NCBI GenBank assembly: GCA_964106915.2
Contig: OZ066917.1
Length of the DNA: 64,000 bases
Source: Podarcis gaigeae
Taxonomy: Eukaryota
Direction: 5' to 3' (one strand)
A program made the position numbers and the translations under genes. Below, piece by piece: positions 35,802 to 47,556 of this stretch; the stretch's first letter is position 1; each line of letters begins with the position of its first letter. A model generated the notes under the pieces. It did no database searches. It saw only the letters and a list, made by a program, of their open reading frames with translations, and had not been told where the DNA came from.

Positions 35802-36169
35802 AGATCTATCACATTCACAAGTCACATATATAATATAAACCACAAAAATATTCCACAGAACTACCTGCTCTGGGTCATAAACAGAGTAAATGCTCTGGAA
35901 TGTTAACTTCTGAGCTCGCCTAATTATCTATATCCACCAGTCACACATAGCTAGATGGGTTTCATGCATTAAGCCACCTGCTCAGAAAACAAGTTCCAAT
36001 ACCTCTTCAGGGCTGTAAATGATATTCTAGAAAAATGACATGGAACACCAACTTCTCAGTTAGTCATACTATCCCAGTTTACAGATGGGATTCATTCCAC
36101 AATACACAAAAGGACTAGGGAAACCATGCTCTGAACTCCTGTAATTTGTGCCTAGCTAGGAATTCTTAC

Positions 36170-37290
36170 CAGCCCCTTGGCCGCTGCATTTTGCAACTGC
36201 TGTAGCTTTGGAACAGTCTTCAAGGGTTCATGTATAATGCAGGCTTCATGTATAATGCAGTACTGTAGTCCAGCCCTGAGGTTACCAGAGCATGCAGCAC
36301 TAGAGCCAGACCATCTCTCTCCAAAAATCAGTATTCCTAGTTACTAAAGCCAGGCTTCCAGTGGCAGCGTTTGGTCTAGGAACATTTTTAAGCTTCAAAC
36401 TTGTTATTTCTACAGCAGTGCCACTCCAAACTGAACAGGTTGTTTACTCACTTCCCACAGGTGAGAGCCTGCAACACACAACACCTCCATTTTGTCTGGA
36501 ATCAAATTTCAATTTATTGGTCCACATCAAGCACCTGAACTGCATTTTCTGATTCAGGTGGTAAAGCGACATAGAGTTCAAGGTGATCAGCTGATACCTC
36601 ACTCCAACTCCCCTGATGACATCCTCCAACAGCTTCGCATATGTTGAATAACATGAGAGCCAAGAGTGATCCCTGCGGGTCACCAAACTTCTATGATGTC
36701 AAGTTATAGTTCAACATTGATAAGTCTCTGGAAGCATGAAGGTAGGAGTGAAACAACAGCAGTCTGGTGCAGAGGGGGCTCCATTTCCAACCCATGAAAC
36801 TGCTCCAAGCTATGGTGTGCAGTATAAAATGCCTACAAGGTAGCACTAGGACGACCATGGCAGCTTTGGTGTCATAACTCGGCCTGAACCCAGACTGTAA
36901 TCCACTTCTTCCAAGCACACCTGCAAGTTGAACCCACACAAAAATCTTGAGCATCGTGCCTGAAAGGGATTGTTAGCAATTGGGCAATAGTTATTCAACA
37001 GTTCTAAGCCCAGGAAGGTCCTCTGAAGGAGAGGACACAACACTGTATCTTTAAAAGCCAATGGTACCCCATCCTGCAACATGGCATTCACGACTCCCTG
37101 GACCTATGCTGTTAAAACCCCTCAGGTTCACTCTCGTACATCACAATGGGCAAAAGTTGAAAGGACAAGTGATCAGTCAGACCCTCTTCCAAGCAGTTTG
37201 TCAACATCAGGCTGCAACAATTTAAACTCATCCAAGTAAACTGGAGCAGATGGTGCTCTAGACACCTCTGGATTAGTCCAGATAGTGGCA
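36170..37290 (-). mobile_element. L2 LINE ORF2 fragments, degraded
   Basis: Minus-strand peptides LQSGFRPSYDTKAAMV, NNYCPIANNPF and YAKLLEDVIRGVGVRYQ resemble L2 RT motifs. Confidence 0.7.
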
Positions 37291-37446
37291 TCTAATAGTG
37301 AGCCCACAAAACAATACAATTAAACAATTTTTTAAAAATCAGGCTTTTAATTCAGTGCTTGAAAAAAGTACAACGATGAACAATATACTCAGCAGTAAGA
37401 GCAAATGAACATTTGCTTATCACTTAGAGGTAAGTTCAAGATATGG

Positions 37447-37548
37447 TTAGACTACAGCTCCCATGATTCCTGGCCACTGGACTTGTGGCTGGGGCTGATG
37501 GGAGTTGAAGTGCAGCAACATCTGAAGGGTACCAGGTTGACTACCCTA
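37447..37548. mobile_element. Degenerate palindromic hAT MITE (family of 48973-49108)
   Basis: gactacagctcccatgattcc...gctgatgggagttgaagt hairpin core. Further relics lie at ~22185-22250 and ~63548-63645. Confidence 0.6.
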
Positions 37549-38129
37549 GATTTATAACCAATGTTTTCTACAGACCTGCACACTTTGAAGAACTCCGTAT
37601 CTATTTGGCTGGAATAACTATAAGGCATATCAAGAGATTTATCAGATTATGTCCTTCCAAGATTTCTTAAATCCACAATCTGCATCCTTCTTAATTTTCA
37701 CCTTTCTAGGGTATTCCCAGTGCTGATAGCCTATCCCCCTCAAACAATACTGTACCTGATTATGTGAGTCTCATCTCTGGAGTTAAAACTGTGAAAATTG
37801 CAACCTTTGCCTTATGTGCAGAGGTGCACTGGTCTCGGTGGCTATTCCTATAGGAGAACTCAACCCCCTCTACTGAAACGAAGGGGTTAATGGCATAGTC
37901 AACAGATATCCAAGAAGACTACACTTTTCTCAGGGTGAGCAAGGAGAGACGATGCAAATAACATGGCTAAACTAGACTGCACTAGACTGATTAGCCAGAA
38001 ACTGTTTTGTTGTCTTTATCACACCAACTGATGACCTCCCTCTTAATTTGCTTTTATAACTGCCTTGAATAAACTTTACGTAATTGGACTGCTTCATTGG
38101 AGTGTATTTTAAAAAGCACTCCCTGGTCG

Positions 38130-39800
38130 AATTCCGCCTCGCTGCCACCACTTGAGGTACCCTGCTGGCTTTAGCACACAGGAAGAGGAGAGGTCAGGCT
38201 TAGGCTTGGCTAGGAGTTTCCGCTACTGCTTCGCAAATATGCCCCACCCGTGGCGTAGCACTCTCTCCCAACTTAGGCAGGCTGTAATAAGGCAGAGGGC
38301 GTGTTGCCAGGGTCCAGCTTGTAGGATTGGCGTTGGAACGGTGGCTGCTCCTCCAGCCGCTTCGAAAAGGGGCTTCTCGCCCAGGGCCTGCAGGAGGAGA
38401 TCATAGGATCCGGGAACGCGTCCAGCGCACAAGCTGCCAGGCAAAGGCAGGGACGACTGCTCAAAGGTCAAGCAGCCTCTACCTGCGCGCAGGGGAGGAC
38501 GATCTCCGCCGGACACGCGGAGGGACAGCGCAAGTAAGGAGGTGGCAGATGCCCCCTTCCCAGTAGCCCCTTGGTATTACAGCGGGATGGATTGGGCCTT
38601 CTGGGCGAGGTTAGCAAAAGGACAGGGATCCAAAGGCACTTGGCGCCCCTCCCCCACATCATAACCTGAGTGTAACATTTCACATATTTCACTCGGAGCC
38701 TCTGAAGCGCCCCCCTCCCGCCCGCCCGCTGAAAAGGAGCCGAATGAAACGCTCCTTCTTAATAGTGTGTCATTTTTACACTTGTCCTTTGGAAATCTCC
38801 AATTACAAGTCCCAATACCACGGCACATTTAAGGAGCGCGGAGTCTTTTTGTTCGAGCCTTCAGGGAGCAAACCCGCCACTGAGAGAATACGAAATTAAT
38901 CCACTCCAGCTATAGAGCGAGAGGATTATGTTCTAATCCCCTTTGGGAGAGGCTCTGGATTTTAAGGATCCGACATTAAAATGTTTACACCAGGCGTAAT
39001 CAAAATAGTGCAGCTTCTCCATATGGCCCCGAGATAGCAGCGCGGCCTTGGCTCCGCTTCCCAAACGGCTCCCCAAAACAATACCGCGGCGCACCGGGCA
39101 TGGACTGGATGGAGAGCGCGCCAGGCGCTGCCGATCCAAGCAATTCCACCCCTTTGGGGAGGGGGGAAGCGCCACACTCCCAAGTCCAAAACAGCAGGGG
39201 AAAGAAGTGCGACACCGCCACCCCCACCCACTTATCGGCACAAGCTTGGGCGCTGCCCCTGCGGAGCCAGGAGCCTCTTTCCATGTCCACCGGGACCGTG
39301 CCAAATCGCGCTGCGGAGCTGCAGATGCTCCCACCTGCGCCCGCCCGGCCCCGGCGGCCGTGACTGGTCCAGGGAGGCCCGTCCGCTTTGTTGTCCCTCG
39401 GCGGACGGAAGAACAAAGGGCGTCAGGCCGAGGCGAGCCGCCGCGCCGGGGCTTGGACGGAGGATCCCCGCTTGGGCGTCCCCAGCAGCCCAGCCGAAGA
39501 AGCGGCCGGCCGAGCGGCGGAGAGGCGCCAGGGCGCACAGAGCCCGCAGCGCGCAGCCAAAGGGCCCCGGGGCGAGTGACGCCTGGGGAACACGCGCGCC
39601 GCGTCTCCGGAAAGAAACGGCGAGATTGACCTTTAGACATCTTTTAAACAAAACACACGCAAGAGTCACAGGGAAGAAAGAGTCGGGTATAGATTCAGGA
39701 GGCAACACCTTCTGAATTTCGTTTGACTTGTTGGAAGACTCCTAATGAAGGTCGCGGTCGATGCAAACTAAATTGTACAAGCTCACACAGCTTAAAGAGC
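38130..39800. promoter_or_regulatory. Orphan intronic CpG island
   Basis: Very high GC/CpG content, especially 39050-39630. No coding exon was recognised. Confidence 0.7.
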
Positions 39801-42800
39801 AGAAGCCACGAGGGAGTTCTTCGACATGAGCCCCACTGAATTCCTGGTGCGCATTGCCAGGTATGGATTGTAGCCTAAGGCAGCAGTTCGGGGCACAAGA
39901 CCCACCGAACTCATTGGGAATTACTTCCGGGAAAACAAAGACAGGATTTGTTCTGCTAAAGACGGGAGCACTTTCTCTACAGTGCTCAACAGGATGTGCA
40001 TTGGGAGTGCTGCTGCTCAAGTCCTGCCGCGAATAAATGGAAACGCAGGTTGCACAGAAGTAGCGCTTATTGGATCACTCCCTTTTCCTGTTAATCATTA
40101 GCCCCAATTTTATGTAGCTGCCAGAATAGTGTTTCTAATTTCAGTGAAGGCATTTAAAGCATAAAATAGCTAATAAAGCAACTAAATAGTACCGGACCTC
40201 TTGGTGCTATTGCAATTAAATTCTGCAGATGGCTTTACACATATTAATCCACCAGCATGGCTTTGCAGGGTTTGTTTAAAAAAGAAAGTTTTAACAAGCT
40301 GTTATGTTCCAGTGTAGTATCAAATCATTTAATAAATAGGTAATAAGGATTTTTTATAAAGTTAAAATAATTTAGGCACTTTAGAATCTAATGCTTCTTT
40401 TAACTAAAACAAAAAAAATAAGTTGACCCTGAAAAGACATGTTTTCAGAAGAACAATAAATTTCCAAAATATTAATGAACTTAAGATGTAAGATCAATTT
40501 TTGTCTCTCTAAAAAAGAAGTCAACCTGAAATACTCAATTTCCCCAGATTACTATATTAAAATTGGCATTTAAAAATTGTTCAAGACTAAAAAGAAGACA
40601 GCTGAAGAACAAAATAATTTTCAGAAACAACCCAGATGTGAAGATGTTTCTCCCAAAATGACAAGGTATAGAACTTATGGTCCATTTTCAGATGGGATAC
40701 CTACTGGTGGACTGCCAAACCACATCAAGCACTGTTAACTAGAAGCAATAGGATTTGGTTCTAAATACTGTAAGTAACTTTAAGATCAAGGTGCTATTTA
40801 GTTTAGAATAAACTTTTTAGGGCTCCAGTTGTAACCACACTTAACTGGGAATAAGCCCCACTGAGTAAGATTTCACTCCTGTGCACGGCATGGTTTAGGA
40901 TTATGCTGTAAGTCATTTTGAAAATCTATATATATAACCAGCAAGATTCTAGGCTTACTATACTGTAAAGTGGCAAGAATTAGAAGGGTGGGAGAATGCA
41001 AAGACAGTGTCAATGAACTTGTATAAAAGCCTAATAGCATATTCTTCTACAAGATGTAGACACACAGGGAACAATCTGCCCACTGCACATGTAGTGCTCA
41101 CATAGAGAAGACTGCCATAGGCTCAGAACCGTATTTCTCCCCTCGTCTACAGAAATACATGTGTGAACACAAATGCACAAATGGGATAGTAAGGGGAATC
41201 AAAGGCGCATGTCTGCCTCCTATATCCCCATCTGGCACTTTGTTTTCTGTCAATGTAACTCAGCATGAGAAACATGTATTGGGGCAAAAAAAATGGTTGG
41301 ATGGGATAAGGGAGGTGTGCACAGACCATTAATTCCATATTTGCATTGTCCCAGTATGTGAGGGAGAGAGTGAGAATGGAGACAGGGCTCTACTGAGCCT
41401 TTGGGAATACTCTGTGTGAAGACATAGCGTCCATGGTCTGGATCCCACACTTTGTTTTTATTTTTGCTACTATTATGTACTTACTTGGGAGAATTTCTTG
41501 GAACTATGTTTTATTTGTATCAAATGAAATTAATTGATTCTCAGTATGGTTTGTAAAGCTATGGAAACAAACCAGTTAGATGCTGGAGAATTCCCTTGCT
41601 GTGTGCACAGTATTATTTAAAGAAAAATAGTCAACAAATAAAATAAGTAATATTCACTAACATGTAGTCTGTAAAGTAACGGTTATAGAAAACAATGAAC
41701 TCTAAGCTCATGCAGAAATTCTAAGAATATGTAACACACCACAATTTCACTATTTTTGTTCTTTAATACTAAGATCAAGTGGAATTTGACTTTTGGCTGC
41801 ATAACTGGTGAAATTTAAGTTTTCAAGAACTTATTTCCACCCAAAACTAAAACTAAATGCAAAAACTAAAAGCAAAAACTAAATGTTTCCAGCAACTCTG
41901 TTCCTGACAAACTGGCGAATAAACGGCTTCAAAAATGAATTTATCAGTGATGTACACAATAAAATTAACTGTGCAAAAGTGCAAAAAAAAAAAGACTATT
42001 TAGCATTAAAGGGGAAAATCTACCACATGGTGTATGCATAGTCTAGATGTCAAGAGTAACTTGCATATAAATTCAGGAGCCTGTTATTTCTTCACACTTA
42101 CACATATTGTGTACGTTTACAGAGAAAGCATTTCCTTTCGATATATTTATATTGCTGCAGACATTGGGACATACTTTTGTTATATATACCTGAAGGCATC
42201 TACTGAGTTGTGCTTATTTTAGTAAACTCTGGGTATTTTTCTCCCCTACAGCAAGCTCATATAGTTATTTGCTCATTAAAACAACTTAAATCGTACTGCA
42301 GAGCCAATATACACTATAGTTTTGCCCCATGACACTGTGAAAAATGTTGGTTCTTCCTTTCTAGTGCAGATAAAGTTGAAACAATGCTTTTGAACTGTGC
42401 TAAAAACTAACAGTTCACATGGATTTAACATGGCTGTGGACAAAGTTAAAAGCCCCTCTCATCTGATGCCAGGTGATCATGTATCAGCAATGGCCAAGAA
42501 CTACTTTTAATCATCTGCATCTGGCACAGAAACTGTGACCATTTTGGATAAAGAGTTTCCTATAAGATTCTAGATTTGTTCTTTTGTCCTCTCAACGTTT
42601 CACAGGAACATGAATGAAAAATATACTAATAACGTTTTTGATAAGTGATGATAGATGAGCTAAGGCTGGGCCAGAAAAAATGCAGCTTGCCTGCCAATCA
42701 AATTTCTGTCTTGTGCTTTAGAACTTACACTCCATGGCTGCCTATGGGGTTGCAGATGATAAAGGTACTACTGTCACTTGAAGCAGCCCTAAATGAAGTG

Positions 42801-43182
42801 GTGCATTTGAAAGGTCATTCCACATCTGCTGTATGGTACTAAGCCTGCGATCTTGTGGGGATAAACCCCAGCGAACTCTGTGAGACTTATTTCTGTGTAG
42901 AAATGTATAGGATTGTACTCTTAAGTAAAGACCCCTTACCTCCAATCAGAATATCATATCTGAAAGTGACAGAAATTTTAGATTTTTACTATTAAAGTGA
43001 TGGTGGTGAATTAGTTAGCCACCATCTTCTAAATCATGAACACTTCTAAATTTTAAAATGAATATACCAATTATACATGGCCATGAACTATAGTTAGTTC
43101 AGTCTTAGTCACATAAAATAGTGACTGAAGAAACATGATGAACACATAGTATCTGTATGTGTGTGTATATATATATCTATAT

Positions 43183-43802
43183 ATGCAGGTTTTGGTGTCC
43201 TCGGGTGTCTTCCCGTGTAAAAGTTGGGGTGTCTAGGCGACGTTTCGACGAGGTCTCACTCGTCATCTTCAGGCTGGTGCTTTCGGCTTCTTGTTACTGG
43301 AACAGAGCGGGATCTCAATGTTTGAGTTCCTATAAATACTGTAGAGGGGGTGTGGTGTCTAGCCTCCAATGTTCTGGGCAGAGAGGAAGTTCCCAGGCTA
43401 GTGTGCCTTTTCTTCTTTTGTTCCTTAATTACTTGAGAGATACCTTGAGTGATTTCTTGAGTGATATCCTGAGTACCACTTAGGATATCACTCAAGAAAT
43501 CACTCAAGGTATCTCTCAAGTAATTAAGGAACAAAAGAAGAAAAGGCACACTAGCCTGGGAACTTCCTCTCTGCCCAGAACATTGGAGGCTAGACACCAC
43601 ACCCCCTCTACAGTATTTATAGGAACTCAAACATTGAGATCCCGCTCTGTTCCAGTAACAAGAAGCCGAAAGCACCAGCCTGAAGATGACGAGTGAGACC
43701 TCGTCGAAACGTCGCCTAGACACCCCAACTTTTACACGGGAAGACACCCGAGGACACCAAAACCTGCATTCCTGTACCCGTGAAAATCTACGAAAGCAAA
43801 TA

Positions 43803-43804
<2 letters not shown>
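43183..43804. mobile_element. Penelope-like retroelement remnant: two inverted pseudo-LTR copies plus a short 3' tail, inserted in (TA)n
   Basis: Arms 43183-43470 and 43482-43769 are reverse complements (the ORF track gives the same peptide on both strands). Only the right arm carries an extra ~35-nt tail (tcctgtacccgtgaaaatctacgaaagcaaatatc). TA microsatellite lies on both sides, and each arm holds a hammerhead-like motif typical of PLE termini. Confidence 0.8.
43672..43720 (+). ncRNA. Minimal type I hammerhead ribozyme-like motif (mirror copy on the minus strand at 43232-43280)
   Basis: CUGAAGA (43680-43686), U, stem II GACGAG/ugagac/CUCGUC, GAAAC (43706-43710), GUC (43711-43713). Stem III is reduced to the palindrome ACGU. 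Stem I pairing is weak (CAGC vs GCCU). Confidence 0.6.
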
Positions 43805-43843
<39 letters not shown>

Positions 43844-44589
43844 TTTCATTATAAAACATCCTGAAATAGAACATGGGGGGGGGAATTAAACTGCTGGACA
43901 AAAGCACCTGTCTTTCTATTCTTTATACTATCTTTTCACAGAACCTCTTGGTAAGACTGCCTTTATTATTTAATTTCTGCCATTTTTGCCTCTAAGGAAC
44001 ATTTCAATATATTTTAATGTGGATGTTAGTATCAGAGTACGAAATTGATGCATCATCTCATATAAGAAGGGCTCATGGATGTAGGGATGTCCACTGGCTC
44101 TGTGTGTACCCTAAATAAGGAGACAGATTGAAGTGATTCTGCACTAGCCTCCACCTCATTCAGTCACTGTCCATAAGCAGCCAAGACTTCACTCTTGCAT
44201 CCTATGCTATGTTTCCACCCAGTCAACACAAAGTCACGTATAAAAGTATTTTCAGTGGTTGCCACAACTGAATAGTTCTGCCAGCACAAAAACTTTCAGT
44301 GGCCCAACCGAACTTCCTCACCCTCTCTTCTCCCCATGCACACCCTAAATCTGCTCTGAAGGTGAGTGATCCCTCAGAACAGGGAACTAAATTTCAATGA
44401 GCTAGTGAAACTGTTTAGTTGAATACTGCCCTAGGTTTGGGGGAAATGGCGAACTTCCAGATGTTTTTAATTTGGGCTCATTTTCAACGAATGGAGTTGT
44501 GATGGTAGGGGGAAGGAGAGGCTGGAATGATAGCTTAGTTGATGTTTTCTGAATTGTTTCAAACACCGCATTTTCAAATAGCCCTACAC

Positions 44590-44835
44590 CAGGGGTCAGC
44601 AACCTAAATCCCATAGGCCAGAAGCGGCCCGCGGAGGTCGTTTGACCAGCCCACAAGCTGCCCCTGAACCAGCGCAGCACAGAGCGGGGGCTCGCTTCCG
44701 CGGTGCCAAAAATATTGTCTGCGCATGCACAGACACTGAAAATCGTGAGCACTCACACACGCGCATGATCCGGCTCACAGAGGGATGTCTTTGGGACCGA
44801 TCCAGCCCAGGCAAGATAAACCTTGCTGATCCCTG
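44590..44835. mobile_element. hAT non-autonomous DNA transposon (246 bp)
   Basis: TIR CAGGGGTCAGCAA / TTGCTGATCCCTG with a perfect 8-bp TSD CCCTACAC at 44582-44589 and 44836-44843. Confidence 0.9.
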
Positions 44836-47371
44836 CCCTACACTGAACTAGAGGCCTCTCCAGTCTTCAGGATCGACTTTTAAGAAGTGCAAGGGCTGAA
44901 GCAGGAAAGTGCCAGGAAAGCCCTAGTGGGTACATAGGCCACATCTCTATATCTAAATCTGTGTTGCTAAAAATTGCTGATGCTTGTCCAGAGGAAAAAA
45001 AATTAATTTACAAATCTTCAAACAAAAAAACCAGACAAATATTTCAATCATGTAAATATGCGTAGCCATTTAAGTAATTATCTAAGGAGGAATCACCTAT
45101 TTCCTGCTCTGCTTGCCTTCCCCAATCCCTCCATCTGCCTTCAGGATGGACAGGCCCCACAGCAGTGTGCTAAGCCAGCTGTTCCTGCAGTTCTGTCCTG
45201 CCTTCAAGCTGGAAGCCAGAAAGACAGGAGGGAGCTGGAATCAGATAGAGATGGATGACATCCATCCCTCACTCCTCTCCCTCTGCTAAGAAACGAGACA
45301 GAAACCTCAGATATAACCTGGCACATCACACTACTGTCCCACTTTCTCTTTGGCTGCACAGCAGTGAGCTATAGTTTCCCTAGAACAGAAGCTCTGTTGA
45401 GGCTAGAGGTAAGAGCTAGACACGGATGCAGAAGACACAGAGCGCTGCTTTGCTTGCCACCTCTCAAAACTGTCAGCCACCTGGATAGCAGGCAACAGAG
45501 TGGGAAAGATGAGCGCTCTGAAAAAAATGACACCCAGCACCCAAAGAGGAGGATGGGGGAAGCTAAGTGAATGACTAATGAGACACTTACCTTTTGTGGT
45601 GGCAATACCTATGTGCACACAAGGGGCAAGGGAGCTAGTAAGTGGCAGACACCTGGGATGAGCCTGGGGTGGAATAGACAAAGGCAGGGACGCAATGCCA
45701 CTGCAAGATGGGAGGTGTTTGTGCCACATCTTAATGAGTGCTACAAACAAGCTTGGAAAAGGGCCAACATGCAAGGTACCAGAGAACCAAGAAAGCAATT
45801 TGCATAGGGTAATTACAATGTTGCAGCTTTCTACAGCAAGTATCATACACCTGAATAGTTACTAAATGTTTTTCTTTCTTTATTACGGTATTTCCCAGTA
45901 AATCAACCATTAGACCTTTCCCTAGCCGAAGAAGAGTTTGCAGTCAATTTATGGATTAAAGAAACCAAAAGAATGTTACAGAACCCAGAATCACTTGGGA
46001 GGTGCATCTTAGTGCAGGTGCAGAGTTTCTTATTCAGTCTGCATAGCACACTGTCACCTACCATTTTGTAAAAGAGGGGGGAATCCTTAAAAGATCTACG
46101 CACATGTGTGCAACTGACACAATTCTAAACTTAGGGTTTTGCTTTTAAAGCTCAGAGTGGGTGTACCCTCTGGCACCAGTATGCCAACACAGAGGTACAA
46201 AATGAATTTACTCTCTGCTGGCTCCTATAAATTAGTCCAAAGTATTGCATGGGTGCTTGTGCTGGGAAGGGGGATGAGTGAAAAGGGCAGGTTTGCTACC
46301 TGGGCAGTGGTGCAGACTTGCTTATTGGACAGCAGCTGACCATTTTAAAATGTCACACCTTCATTCTCCCATCTGGAGGAGAAAACAGAATTGTTACGAC
46401 AGGAGAAGACTGATGGGAAGAGATCCTCCTGCCAACTTATTCTGAACAGAACAGGAAAATATGGAGACCAGGCAGAAAAGACTTGGGAAGACAGAGCTTG
46501 TGGTTCGGAAAAATGGGAAGTTTTCTTTTGGGGGATGGGCTGCAGATGGAAGCGTTAACTGGGGGCATCTGGGGGCATGAATTATTGGAGACACTTGGGG
46601 AGTACATGGGCCAGCCAGATTTCCCTGGAAACTCAAAGATGATAGCTTTCCCCCATTTTCCTCTAGCACCTGATATTCAGAGGTACACTGCCCCCTGAAC
46701 ATGAACTTTCCATTTAGCTGTCACAGACAATAGTTGTTCATAACTAATCTTCCACAAATTGATCTTATCATTTTTAAAAGCCTTCTAAGCTAGCAGTCAT
46801 AACATCTGCAGCAGCATATTCTAAAAAGGAAAAAGAATTTTTTCCAGGGTGAAGAAATACTGCTGTGTGAGGCTGCCTGAATTTGTTTTTCCCTCTGGCC
46901 TTTTTTAAACATGAGAAGTTGGATGAGGGGGAGCAATTCAGAGCATGGCATTCAATGGCATTGCAGCAAATCAGTCAAGAGGAGTCATTTTTAGAAGGGG
47001 AAATTATTTGGGGAGGGGGTGTTTGGGGCTCAGACCTCACCTCTGATTTGTATTTGGTGTGTGGTCTTGAGAATTGTTTGTATCCATCTTTTGTCCAGCA
47101 CTCTCTTTCCAACAGTGGCCAGTCAGATGTCCCCCGGGGATCTTGCAAAGAAGGCACAAGCCAACACTATTCCCCAGTGGCTTGTCTTCAGAATCAGGAA
47201 TACTGCCTCAGAACATGTAGGCTTGCTCACATATCATAGTTGATAGGAGATACTTTCATGAGAGAGCAGGGTTGGGAGCCACAGATGGAACCAAGTGGAA
47301 AAGTAGTAGGCCTGGCTCAGCAGAGTGGGACTTGTAACACTCCTGCTTTTTAAGAGATACCAGGAACTCCT

Positions 47372-47556
47372 GTGCAGAACCTATGCTCTGCATGCAGAAG
47401 GTCCCAGCTTCAATCCCTACTGCCTCCAATGAAAAGGATTTCAGGTGGCAGAAGAATCACCTCTGCCTAAGACTTGGGAGAAGCAGAACCCATTTGCATA
47501 GACGGGTGTAAGCTAAAAAGGCCAGTGGTCTAATACAGTGTAAGACAGCTTCATAT
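47372..47556 (+). mobile_element. Old tRNA-derived SINE (Squam2-like)
   Basis: tgcatgcagaaggtcccagcttcaatccc B-box region and a tail ending gtaagacagcttcatat. Confidence 0.5.

Noticed and set aside
38933-39708. Multiple overlapping 140-235 aa ORFs, with similar ones at 24.6-25.3, 26.4-27.2 and 33.4-34 kb
   Set aside because: These are chance ORFs in CpG islands, with low-complexity composition and no recognisable domains or splice structure.
43157-43889. ORFs of 108, 197 and 67 aa with identical peptides on both strands
   Set aside because: These are by-products of the palindrome and flanking microsatellites, not genes.
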